A stretch of DNA of 64,000 bases from Candidatus Hodarchaeota archaeon. Lineage in GTDB: Archaea > Asgardarchaeota > Lokiarchaeia > Sigyniarchaeales > SOKP01. Location: positions 100,335 through 164,334 of the forward strand of contig JBHLJY010000001.1 of assembly GCA_048887225.1 (NCBI GenBank), in the 5' to 3' direction. The notes under the pieces are model-generated. The model saw nothing but the letters and a program-made list of their open reading frames with translations. It had not been told where the DNA came from and did no database searches. Made by a program: the position numbers and the translations under genes. The first letter of the stretch is position 1. Each line of letters begins with the position of its first letter. Below, one piece after another: positions 1 through 8,939 of the stretch.

Positions 1-37
1 TTGTGCTGCGCCAGAAGATTAATGGAGGGATATTAAA

Positions 38-1264
38 ATGAGTATTGAACCAATGAGAATATTCTTTAAGGAGATTAAAGAGCCCGTTGAAACCACAATG
101 ATTGGAAATTATGCTGTTGCTGGAGGAGTTACCCAAACAGACCCAGATGTAATTTGTGCATTCCCCATAACCCCACAGACTCAGAGCGTAGAAGGGTTGT
201 CCGATGTAGTACATCATGGCAGATTAAAGGCAGCTTTTGTGAATGTTGAGTCAGAATTAGCAGCAATTAGTTATTCTACAGCAGCTTGTGCAGCTGGGGC
301 AAGAGCGTTTACGGCCACTGCGAGCCAAGGGTATTTATTGATGACTGAAGGTCTGCCAATAACAGTAGGTTGGAGACTGCCATTAACTATGATGATCAGT
401 GCCAGAGCTTTCAATTCCCCAAACTTGAATATTTGGAATACTTGGGAATTTACTGAAGTTAATTCTGAACTTGGTTGGAATATAATCGTCTCGGAAAATG
501 TTCAAGAAACTTACGACGCCGCAATTCTATCGGTAATGATCTCAGAAGATTCATTGTTTCCGACTATTTTTGTTCATGATGGATTTATAATCAGTCACTC
601 GGTCCAAAAGCTCTGGTTAACCCCTGATGAAATTGTTAGGAGATTAACTCCAAAGAAGGCAAGACACCATATTAATCCCGAGAAACCTGGAACGTGGGGG
701 GGCATTGTAACTCCTGATTTTTTCATGGAAGGCCGCAAAAACTTAGATGAAGCAAAAAAACCAGTTTTAAATATCATGAAAAATTGTTTCAAGGAATATA
801 CCTCTGCGACTGGGCGTGAATATAATCTAATCGAGACTTATAATTTAGATAATTCATCTAGAACCGCATTTCTTACCATGGGTTCAATGTGTGGGAACAT
901 AATTAGTTGGATGACCAACAATAGGGATGTTGGGCTTATTAAAGTACGAGCTTATCGCCCATTCCCCTATAAGGAATTACAAAAAATTGTTCAAGACCAC
1001 AACATTGAAAAACTTATAATTTTAGAAAAATCAGATTCTTTGAATGGACTTTTACCACCATTTTCAATGACTATTGCATCAGCATTATACCCTCTCAAAA
1101 CGTTATTTAGAAGTTTTATTGTTGGTTTAGGAGGTCGAGATGTGACTCGAGATGAATTAGATATAGCTAAGAAAAAAATAGAGGCGATTTCGGATATGAA
1201 AGGACCGTTATATATGTATTTAGGTGTAAGAGAAACTAAAACTAAAGTTCATGGGGTGGATTAA
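38..1264 (+). CDS. 2-oxoacid:ferredoxin oxidoreductase, alpha subunit (PorA/VorA/KorA type)
   Basis: 408-aa ORF. The segment GNYAVAGG...CAFPITPQT...ESELAA...AGARAFTATASQG matches the alpha-subunit signature. A GGAGGGA SD-like motif lies 8 nt upstream of the ATG. Confidence 0.85.
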   Translation: MSIEPMRIFFKEIKEPVETTMIGNYAVAGGVTQTDPDVICAFPITPQTQSVEGLSDVVHHGRLKAAFVNVESELAAISYSTAACAAGARAFTATASQGYLLMTEGLPITVGWRLPLTMMISARAFNSPNLNIWNTWEFTEVNSELGWNIIVSENVQETYDAAILSVMISEDSLFPTIFVHDGFIISHSVQKLWLTPDEIVRRLTPKKARHHINPEKPGTWGGIVTPDFFMEGRKNLDEAKKPVLNIMKNCFKEYTSATGREYNLIETYNLDNSSRTAFLTMGSMCGNIISWMTNNRDVGLIKVRAYRPFPYKELQKIVQDHNIEKLIILEKSDSLNGLLPPFSMTIASALYPLKTLFRSFIVGLGGRDVTRDELDIAKKKIEAISDMKGPLYMYLGVRETKTKVHGVD

Positions 1265-2357
1265 AAAAATGTCAGAACCAGAGAGAAATGTTCTAAAAGT
1301 TGATGATATATTAACCAGATCAGGAAAGGCTAATGTGCTGTTCCTAAATTACGATAACGAGGCATTTATGAATACAGGTATTCAAGAAAGTGGAGGAACT
1401 CCCCCATATGCATCAACTACAACTGGGCCTGCGGGTGAAAAAATACCTGGAAAAGTAGGAGTGAAACAGGATTTAGTAACTCCATTTGCATTTTATGGTT
1501 CAAATTCTCTATTTTTAGCAACTGTAAATCCTGCCTATCCCAACGATTTTATGGGAAAAATAATTGAGGCAATGAAAACAAATGGTTCTGCATTTATTCA
1601 AGCATATTCAGATTGTATGAGAGGTTGGCGTCATTCAGCAGAAAATGCTGCAAAAATCTCAAAATTAGCAACAGATTGTGGATATTGGCCCCTTTATACT
1701 ATTCGAGTGAATGATGGAATTCCTACATTTTCTTATTATAGGGGATTAGATATTGATAAGGATAAATTTGTAGAATATCTGAAATCTATGGGTCGATTTA
1801 GACATCTATTTAAGCCAATATTTAGAGAAAAAGAAATTGATGAGATTATTTATTTTACTGAACAACGAAACAAGAAGTTAAAAGGTTTAATTGAACAATT
1901 TGGTGCGGAAAAACCCGTAGATATCTACAGATTAAATAGAAAAGCACTAGAACCTCAAAAACATCTACAACAAGGTCACGGGCTATGCCCTGGTTGTGGT
2001 GCTGGAATGTTTTTAAATCAACTAGCAACAGCAGCTCAATTAGTTGCTGGGAACAACGTAATTTATGTAAATAATACCAGTTGCACCGAAGTCTCTACTT
2101 CAAAGGATTTTGTTACCTCGTGGACGGTACCGTGGGTTCACCATCTCTTCGAATCTGGGGCAACCATCGCAGAAGCAATAAGTACTGCTTATAAAATCCG
2201 TAAAGCAAAGGATGATTATAATGGAGAAGTTCCTTATGTAATACATATAGGCGGTGATGGCTCAACATATGATATCGGATTTCAATTTCTTAAAGCAGCA
2301 TTAGTAAGAACGAGCACAATGGTAGAAATGCATGAATATTTAAAAGATCAGAAATAA
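1251..2357 (+). CDS. 2-oxoacid:ferredoxin oxidoreductase beta (TPP-binding) subunit, circularly permuted order of halves
   Basis: The N-terminal part (NVLFLNYDNEAFMNTGIQESGGTP...CMRGWRH...YLKSMGRFRHL) is what is normally the C-terminal half of PorB. The C-terminal part (GHGLCPGCGAG...WTVPWVHHLFE...IGGDGSTYDIGFQFLKAAL) is normally the N-terminal half. The ORF overlaps the alpha-subunit stop by 14 nt. Confidence 0.75.
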   Translation: MGWIKKMSEPERNVLKVDDILTRSGKANVLFLNYDNEAFMNTGIQESGGTPPYASTTTGPAGEKIPGKVGVKQDLVTPFAFYGSNSLFLATVNPAYPNDFMGKIIEAMKTNGSAFIQAYSDCMRGWRHSAENAAKISKLATDCGYWPLYTIRVNDGIPTFSYYRGLDIDKDKFVEYLKSMGRFRHLFKPIFREKEIDEIIYFTEQRNKKLKGLIEQFGAEKPVDIYRLNRKALEPQKHLQQGHGLCPGCGAGMFLNQLATAAQLVAGNNVIYVNNTSCTEVSTSKDFVTSWTVPWVHHLFESGATIAEAISTAYKIRKAKDDYNGEVPYVIHIGGDGSTYDIGFQFLKAALVRTSTMVEMHEYLKDQK

Positions 2358-2368
2358 TTTTTTTTTTT
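2358..2368 (+). terminator. poly-T tract (archaeal-type terminator candidate)
   Basis: A run of 11 T follows directly after the TAA at 2355-2357. Confidence 0.4.
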
Positions 2369-2385
2369 AACATCTTATTTTCTTT

Positions 2386-3147
2386 ATGCCTATCTATGTT
2401 GAAAAAAATTATCCAGTTTTTACCGTAATTATTGATAATCCCGATGTGAAAAATGCAGTCGATGGACCAACAGCCCAAGAATTGGGGGATGAGTTCCGAA
2501 ATTTCGAAAAAGACGAAAATGCATTAGTCGCTGTTTTATGGGGAGCTAATGGAACATTTTGTGCGGGGGCTAATTTAAAGGCTATCGCTGAAGGACACGG
2601 TAATAGGGTAGATTCTAGAGGAGATGGTCCAATGGGACCTTCTAGAATGGTTCTTTCCAAACCGGTTATTGCGGCAGTGGCAGGATATGCTGTAGCAGGA
2701 GGTTTAGAACTTGCTTTATGGTGCGATATGAGGATTGTTGAAAAAAGTGCAATTTTTGGGGTTTTTTGTCGACGTTTTGGAGTCCCTCTTATTGATGGTG
2801 GAACTGTTCGTCTTCCCAGATTAATAGGTCTGAGCAGAGCAATGGATATGATACTTACAGGACGCCCTATCTCTGCTAAAGAAGCACTCGAATGGGGTCT
2901 CGCAAATCGAGTAGTTGAAGATGGTACGTCAAGAGAAAATGCTGAAGAATTGGCTCGAAATATCGCATCATTTCCCAAGATTTGTATGCGCAATGATAGA
3001 TTGTCTGCTTATGAACAATTTGGGATGAATCTTAAGGATGCGATGGCTAATGAATTCGAATGGGGCTTAAAGACCTTGGCAAGTGGAGAATATTTGATGG
3101 GAAGCGATGCTTTTACTCAGGGAAAAGGAAAACATGGAAAATTCTAA
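2386..3147 (+). CDS. enoyl-CoA hydratase/isomerase (crotonase) family protein
   Basis: 253 aa. Crotonase oxyanion-hole segments are present: TFCAGANLKA and AAVAGYAVAGGLELALWCDMRI. Confidence 0.85.
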   Translation: MPIYVEKNYPVFTVIIDNPDVKNAVDGPTAQELGDEFRNFEKDENALVAVLWGANGTFCAGANLKAIAEGHGNRVDSRGDGPMGPSRMVLSKPVIAAVAGYAVAGGLELALWCDMRIVEKSAIFGVFCRRFGVPLIDGGTVRLPRLIGLSRAMDMILTGRPISAKEALEWGLANRVVEDGTSRENAEELARNIASFPKICMRNDRLSAYEQFGMNLKDAMANEFEWGLKTLASGEYLMGSDAFTQGKGKHGKF

Positions 3148-3178
3148 AAGAAAAATTTTGAAGCTAAAAGTGATTTCA

Positions 3179-4684
3179 ATGAGCGAAAAGATGAATGTAT
3201 TATTAATTATATCTGATCAACACCGTGCTGATCATATGAGCTGCGCAGGCAATCCAGATGTAAAAACTCCAAATCTTGATGCGCTTGCTAATGATTCTGT
3301 GAGATTTACAAGTGCCTTCTGTACCAATCCCATGTGTATGCCTAATAGAGCAACAATATTTACAGGGCTCTATCCTAATGCACATGGCGTTCGGTCGAAT
3401 GGTATAAACCTTTCTGATCAATTTCCAACTTTTGTTGCTACTTTAAGAGACAGAGGTTATATTACTTCAAGTATCGGAAAGATACACCTGCAGTTCTTTG
3501 CCCCTCCCTTTAGAATAAGGACAAAATCAGCAGAGGCAATTCACGATTGGCTTGAGAATCCTAAGGCCATGAAAGAAAACTTCCCTAAACCGTATTATGG
3601 TCTCGATAATGTGGAAATTGTGTGCGGGCACGGTGATTTATGCACTGGACATTACACAGACTGGTTGGAGGAGCGTGCCCCAGAATATCTTGAAAAAATT
3701 AAAAGAGGATTTAATAATTTTTTTAGCCTGCCGTTTTATGATACTGATATACCAGAAGAACTATATAATACTACATATGTTGAGGAGAGAACGATTAATT
3801 TTCTTGAAAAATATGTGAAAGGTGATTTTGGAGATAAACCATTCTTTATGCATTGTTCTTTTCCAGATCCTCATCACCCTGTCACTCCTCCAGGAAAGTA
3901 TAAAGATATGTATGATCCCGAAAAGATTTCAATACCAGAAAGCTTTTATCATAGAGATGAATTAAAAAATCATCCATATATTGGTCCGGCTTGGAAAAAT
4001 CCGATTTTTAGAGGAGCATTGCTTCGCTATTCTACAGAGGGGGAGGTGAGAAAATTCCTTGCTGGTACTTACGGGATGATTTCTATGATGGATCATAGCA
4101 TTGGTAAAATCTTAGCTTCTTTAGAGGCACTAGGATTATCCAAGAACACGATTGTTGTTTATACAAGCGATCACGGAGATTTTTGTGGTGATCATGGAAT
4201 GATTCTTAAAGGACCTTCACCTTTTAATGGAATATTGCAAGTTCCTATGATTTGGAAGGTGCCAGCTGTAACCAAACCTTCTACTACTGATGCTTTAATG
4301 AGTTCTGTAGACATACCAATGACAATTTTAAAATTGTTAGGAATTAAAGAAAGATATTTTCCTCCACAAATGCAAGGTGTTGAGATAACACCCGTGTTAA
4401 ATGATCCTAATATAGATGTTCGGGATTCTTGTTTAGTAGAACACGACGAAGATGTAAAATCTTCTATAACCAGGTTAAGACATCTAATAACTAAAGACCA
4501 CAAGTTAACTCTCTATCAAAATCTGGAAAGTTATGGTGATATTTATGATAGAAAAAACGATCCTCATGAGTTGAATAATTTATGGGATAAAGATAAAGAA
4601 CTTAGAAATAAGTTAATTTATAAATTATGCATGGAAAATATTAAAGCTCAGAGCCATTTACCACAGAGAGTATCTCTAACATAA
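3179..4684 (+). CDS. Cys-type sulfatase (arylsulfatase family)
   Basis: LLIISDQHRADH is followed by the formylglycine motif C-M-P-N-R (CxPxR) and ATIFTGLYP; YTSDHGD occurs later. I prefer the ATG at 3179 to the ORF-track start at 3107, which overlaps the crotonase gene. No signal peptide is visible. Confidence 0.85.
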   Translation: MSEKMNVLLIISDQHRADHMSCAGNPDVKTPNLDALANDSVRFTSAFCTNPMCMPNRATIFTGLYPNAHGVRSNGINLSDQFPTFVATLRDRGYITSSIGKIHLQFFAPPFRIRTKSAEAIHDWLENPKAMKENFPKPYYGLDNVEIVCGHGDLCTGHYTDWLEERAPEYLEKIKRGFNNFFSLPFYDTDIPEELYNTTYVEERTINFLEKYVKGDFGDKPFFMHCSFPDPHHPVTPPGKYKDMYDPEKISIPESFYHRDELKNHPYIGPAWKNPIFRGALLRYSTEGEVRKFLAGTYGMISMMDHSIGKILASLEALGLSKNTIVVYTSDHGDFCGDHGMILKGPSPFNGILQVPMIWKVPAVTKPSTTDALMSSVDIPMTILKLLGIKERYFPPQMQGVEITPVLNDPNIDVRDSCLVEHDEDVKSSITRLRHLITKDHKLTLYQNLESYGDIYDRKNDPHELNNLWDKDKELRNKLIYKLCMENIKAQSHLPQRVSLT

Positions 4685-4699
4685 TTTTTATTTTTTTTT
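4685..4699 (+). terminator. poly-T tract (terminator candidate)
   Basis: The sequence T5-A-T9 follows immediately after the stop at 4682-4684. Confidence 0.4.
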
Positions 4700-4734
4700 A
4701 TTTATTCTTAATTATTATAAATCAAGGTGAAATT

Positions 4735-5139
4735 ATGATAACTTTCGAAGAATTAAGAGTGAAAACTCCAAAAAGAGAAGTTCTTGTAAATATTACTAGT
4801 GAGATTAATGATATTGTAAGAAACAATAATATTAAAGAAGGCGTTTGTCGAATTTTTGTTCCACATACTACCGCGGGAATTACTATCAATGAAAATGCGG
4901 ACCCAGCTGTAATGAAAGATATAATAAATTATTTGAATAAATTAATACCACAGAGAGAAAGTTATTCTCATATGGAGGGAAATAGTGATGCGCATATAAA
5001 GTCTTCCTTAACTGGCCCCTCTTTAGATGTTATTGTTCACAATGGTAAATTGGTATTAGGAACTTGGCAAGGTATTATGTTTGCAGAATATGACGGCCCC
5101 CGCCATAGAAAAATATATGTACAAGTTCAAGGGGAATAA
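4735..5139 (+). CDS. YjbQ/UPF0047 family protein (secondary thiamine-phosphate synthase-like)
   Basis: 134 aa. VPHTTAGITINENADP...DAHIKSSLTGPS matches the family core. An AGGTGA SD lies 4 nt upstream of the ATG. Confidence 0.8.
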   Translation: MITFEELRVKTPKREVLVNITSEINDIVRNNNIKEGVCRIFVPHTTAGITINENADPAVMKDIINYLNKLIPQRESYSHMEGNSDAHIKSSLTGPSLDVIVHNGKLVLGTWQGIMFAEYDGPRHRKIYVQVQGE

Positions 5140-5144
5140 AATAA

Positions 5145-6374
5145 TTATTCTGCTAATTGAATACTACAAGGAAAAACCGCTACCTTAGGAGAATTGCCAT
5201 GGACTTTACTTAATTCACCAATTAATTTATCCCAATCATCAAATAATTTCACGGATTTTGGATAGAAATGATATAAATCAGAATTACTAATATTGGGGGA
5301 AAAAAAATAAACTTTTCTTTTCTTTACAAAAGCTCTCCATATAATCACATCACCAAAATTCTTATATAATCTTGCACCTGTTTCAGCTATAAGACTATGA
5401 TACCCACGGCCTTCATATGAGGAAGACATTAATACTATACTACCTTTTCTTTTTAGGATATTAGTAGGAGCCGTCATTAAAAGGTTAAAGCCTTTAATTG
5501 ATTGATTTAATTCAGAATCTTCTGGAAATAAATTGAAGAAACAAATATTATTATCGAGAGTTATTTTGGTACTATACATCTGTTTAGCGGCTTCCATTGC
5601 TTTTCTGTGAGCGTTTCTAAAATGACCAGAAAAAATTCCTGCGATCTTTCCAGATTCATTCAATAAAATGTTAACTGAAAAATCTAAACCTACTTTTTCA
5701 GCAATTTCTTCAATATCTTTTCTTATATCTGTTATTCTCCCAATCCCCGCGCCAATTCCTCTAATTCCAGCAGAATGATTATCTTCAAGAGTACGAATCC
5801 CGCAAACTCCTGGCAATACAATTTTTGCTCCGCCTCCAAATCCTGCGAGTGGATGTGGGATAACACCTCCTATAGCAATTTTTAAATCAGAATTACAATA
5901 TGTTGTATTAACCTCTATTCTCGTACCTATTTTAGATTCTCCAAAATTCGTTGTATTTTCATAAGGATGATGATTTTCTATTCTTATAGTATCCACTACT
6001 TCTCTTCCTAATTTAAGAATACAATCATGTCTATTCATAGGTCGGTGGGCTCCCAATGCCAGAATAATGGTTATTTGTTCTCTTGTAATAGTTGCTTTTT
6101 CCAATTCTTCAAAAATGAATGGCAAAATTTTTGATACAGGAGTAGTCCTTGTCATATCATCCACCACAATTACTACGTTTTCCTTTCCTTTCGCTAATTC
6201 TGATAATTTAGATGTATTTATAGGATTAAGAATTGATTCTTTAATTTTATTATCATCTATTTCAGGTCCACCTTTCATTTTACATAAACTTATGTCCCAT
6301 GAGTCAGGAAATGACATTTCTAAAAATTCAGGCTCTCGCCACGCTGCCCAAGGGATTTTAAATGTCTTTACCAT
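5145..6374 (-). CDS. LarA-like nickel-pincer-dependent (lactate) racemase family protein (DUF2088)
   Basis: 409 aa. VVIVVDDMTRTTP, LALGAHRPM and PHPLAGFGGGAKIVLPG (with Lys at the cofactor-tethering position) resemble LarA. Confidence 0.7.
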   Translation of the reverse strand: MVKTFKIPWAAWREPEFLEMSFPDSWDISLCKMKGGPEIDDNKIKESILNPINTSKLSELAKGKENVVIVVDDMTRTTPVSKILPFIFEELEKATITREQITIILALGAHRPMNRHDCILKLGREVVDTIRIENHHPYENTTNFGESKIGTRIEVNTTYCNSDLKIAIGGVIPHPLAGFGGGAKIVLPGVCGIRTLEDNHSAGIRGIGAGIGRITDIRKDIEEIAEKVGLDFSVNILLNESGKIAGIFSGHFRNAHRKAMEAAKQMYSTKITLDNNICFFNLFPEDSELNQSIKGFNLLMTAPTNILKRKGSIVLMSSSYEGRGYHSLIAETGARLYKNFGDVIIWRAFVKKRKVYFFSPNISNSDLYHFYPKSVKLFDDWDKLIGELSKVHGNSPKVAVFPCSIQLAE

Positions 6375-6539
6375 GTATCTTCACTTCAATATTTTTAATT
6401 TTTATTATTATTATTATTTCAATTCTCATAATTAATTAATTTTTTAAATTTCCCTTAAAATATAAAAATCATAAAGAATGGAATATTTACTTAAACATCA
6501 AATTTCTAAGAAAATATTCCCTATTTTACATTTACTCAA

Positions 6540-7361
6540 ATGATTGATAATATAAAGATTTTTGATTCACACATGCATTACATAGGAAAATTTAAAAAAA
6601 GGGATGAAACATTAATTGATTTTTTAGACAGATTTGGAATTGATAAAGCAGTTGTTATTACGTTAAATAAGGCTGCCAATAAAAATTTGCTAATTAGAAA
6701 CGATAAAGAATTTAGCGAGAAAGAATATGCTGAGAAAATGTTTGCGAAGACTCAATATGATCACGAGGAAATTAGAGAACTAATTAAAAAAAATTCAGAT
6801 AGATTAGTAGGGGTTTATTGGTTTAATCCGAGAATAGCAGATGACGAAGATTGGAAAATATTAAAAAGGTACATTAAAGACTACAATTTTAAAGGCGTAA
6901 AAATTCAGGCCTCGCTTGATAATTTGAAAATTCCAAAAGATTTGTTTCAATTAGCAGAATTTTGTATAGATTTCGACTTACCACTATTCTTTCATTTCGG
7001 ACCATCTTTTTTTTTCCAAGAGCCATTCCACGTTAAAGATGTTTATTCCTTAGTTAAAAAATACAGAGAGCTTAAATGTGTCGTTTTACATGCAGCATAC
7101 ACTATGGAATATTGTGTCAATTGTTTGAGATATTTTCCTAAGTGTTCTAATGTATATTTTGAAACGAGTTTATCTGTCCCGTATGGGATAAATATTTTGA
7201 TTAAAGTCATGGGGAATCACCGGGTATTATATGGTTCCGATTCACCAGCAGCAACTACACCAGACATAGAAATTAATAAAATCAGAATTCTTAATTTAGA
7301 TAATAACACATTAGAAAGTGTATTTTATAACAATATAAGCAATCTTATAGGTGAAACCTAA
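6540..7361 (+). CDS. metal-dependent amidohydrolase (amidohydrolase_2 / TIM-barrel) family protein
   Basis: 273 aa. It has the N-terminal IFDSHMH (HxH) motif, HAAYTMEY, and GSDSP near the C-terminus. Confidence 0.7.
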   Translation: MIDNIKIFDSHMHYIGKFKKRDETLIDFLDRFGIDKAVVITLNKAANKNLLIRNDKEFSEKEYAEKMFAKTQYDHEEIRELIKKNSDRLVGVYWFNPRIADDEDWKILKRYIKDYNFKGVKIQASLDNLKIPKDLFQLAEFCIDFDLPLFFHFGPSFFFQEPFHVKDVYSLVKKYRELKCVVLHAAYTMEYCVNCLRYFPKCSNVYFETSLSVPYGINILIKVMGNHRVLYGSDSPAATTPDIEINKIRILNLDNNTLESVFYNNISNLIGET

Positions 7362-8221
7362 TAAATCAATTTAAAATATTTGATTCACATATGCATTCTT
7401 ATGGCAAGTTCTTAAGTCCTAATAAAGATGTACTAGAATACATGGATAGATATAATGTTGAAAAAGCAATAATTACAACAGTGAATAGAGTAAAATTTTT
7501 TTCAGAAGAAAATAAAGACCAAATGAAAAGAATGTTTGAGAGTAAAAATATATCGGATATTTTAGATAATTTCAAAAAAGTTATTTTAAGAGGACAGCTC
7601 CCTCATCACGATGTAATAGATATCGCAAATAAAGCACCTGACAGAATTTTTAAACTTTTTTGGTTTAATCCTAATTTAAAACAAGAAGAGGAAGAATCAA
7701 ATTATCAAATTTTAGAAAATCATTTTAAACAAGGATTCTGTGGAGTAAAAATTCACCCAATGTTTCATATGTTTAAAATCCCTAGAGATATTTTAAAATT
7801 GGCCTCTTTTATTCAAGAATATAACAAAAATTTGATATTGTTCGTACATTCTCTACCTAAAGTCTCACTACATAGTGGGGTTTCAAGTAAAGATATAGCA
7901 AAATTAGCAATAAAGTTTCCTGATTTGCGAATAATTGTTGGGCATGCCGCATATTCAATGGAATATAGTATTGATGTAGCCTTTATTTTAAGAAAATTTA
8001 AGAATGTTTACTTTGAAACATCTGCTTCAGCATCATATGGGATATATAATATACTTAAAGCAGTTGGCCATAAACGCATATTATTCGGTTCTGACAGTCC
8101 AGTTGTATCTCCAGTTCAGCTTGAAATCGACAAAATATTGACATTGCCAATATCTAATATGGAAAAACAAGAGATATTATACAACAATGTAAGTAAGCTA
8201 CTTGAATTTTGTCGAAAATAA
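7361..8221 (+). CDS. metal-dependent amidohydrolase paralogue (probable non-ATG start)
   Basis: This is a paralogue of the 6540-7361 gene. The ORF track starts at ATG 7391, but the conserved KIFDSH of the HxH motif lies in frame upstream of it. An ATA at 7361 is preceded by GGTGA (7350-7354). The end coordinate is secure; the start is uncertain. Confidence 0.65.
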   Translation: MNQFKIFDSHMHSYGKFLSPNKDVLEYMDRYNVEKAIITTVNRVKFFSEENKDQMKRMFESKNISDILDNFKKVILRGQLPHHDVIDIANKAPDRIFKLFWFNPNLKQEEEESNYQILENHFKQGFCGVKIHPMFHMFKIPRDILKLASFIQEYNKNLILFVHSLPKVSLHSGVSSKDIAKLAIKFPDLRIIVGHAAYSMEYSIDVAFILRKFKNVYFETSASASYGIYNILKAVGHKRILFGSDSPVVSPVQLEIDKILTLPISNMEKQEILYNNVSKLLEFCRK

Positions 8222-8379
8222 TTTTATTATTAACCAATTAATTTTTATTGGTTTTTTAATTAATTTTTGCAATCATTATTATTGATTAAACTTCTTATTT
8301 TCATTTTAATAATAAAATAATTAAAGTATGTAAATCCTTTTTATTATTAAATAATTAAAAATTATTTTATGTTGATTAA

Positions 8380-8916
8380 GTGGAATTTAATAAATCGAAT
8401 CACAAGATATTAGAAATTTCTAAAGTAGACGACAAAATCATAAAAAAGTTAATCGATAATTTGAAATTGGATTTATCTGATAACTTTTTTATTTCCTTTG
8501 AAAGTCTAATAAAGCTAGGAAAAAAGGCTGAATCTGCATTAGAAACCGTTATTCATGAAATAGACGATCATCATCAATTTAAAAAAGAAATATTTAATCT
8601 ACTTCTGAATTTTATTAAAAACAACGAAATTGAAAATCCTTTATTACTTAAATTATATCATCCTGATTTTATTGTTCGAGCAAATGCTCTAGTGCAAATT
8701 GAAAAAAATGACGCTTTAAAAAATCTTAATTTCATTTTGCCATTAATATCAGATCCAGATGATTCTGTGCGTTGGGCAGTTATGAGATTACTAGATTCAC
8801 TTAATCAATCAGAAAATCAAAATCAAATTATTTTTAAAAAATTAAAAAAGCAAGTAGAGATTGAACCAAATCCAGTAATTCAAAAAAAAATTAAAAAGAT
8901 ATTAAAAATAGCATAA
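8380..8916 (+). CDS. hypothetical protein with HEAT/PBS-lyase-like repeat
   Basis: 178 aa with a GTG start. The helical repeat DPDDSVRWAVMRLLDSL resembles HEAT-like repeats. Confidence 0.45.
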   Translation: MEFNKSNHKILEISKVDDKIIKKLIDNLKLDLSDNFFISFESLIKLGKKAESALETVIHEIDDHHQFKKEIFNLLLNFIKNNEIENPLLLKLYHPDFIVRANALVQIEKNDALKNLNFILPLISDPDDSVRWAVMRLLDSLNQSENQNQIIFKKLKKQVEIEPNPVIQKKIKKILKIA

Positions 8917-8939
8917 GAGTTTTTAAGATATTCTTTTAT

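Noticed and set aside
2409-2993. A long antisense ORF (194 aa) lies opposite the crotonase gene. Similar shadow ORFs occur at 595-792, 3203-3421, 4192-4503, 6067-6435, 20409-20594, 21282-21626, 24801-25391, 35963-36334, 36766-37059, 40015-40544, 41200-41543, 44443-44997, 48017-48694, 56343-56573 and 63369-63578.
   Set aside because: Each lies entirely within, and antisense or out of frame to, an ORF with clear family motifs. Their translations are low-complexity or Ser/Leu/Phe-rich with no motifs, which is typical of shadow frames.
3107-3178. The ORF-track start of the sulfatase, which overlaps the crotonase gene by 41 nt.
   Set aside because: The sulfatase homology begins at MNVLLIISDQH. 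The ATGs at 3179 and 3191 avoid the overlap. The upstream extension has no family counterpart.
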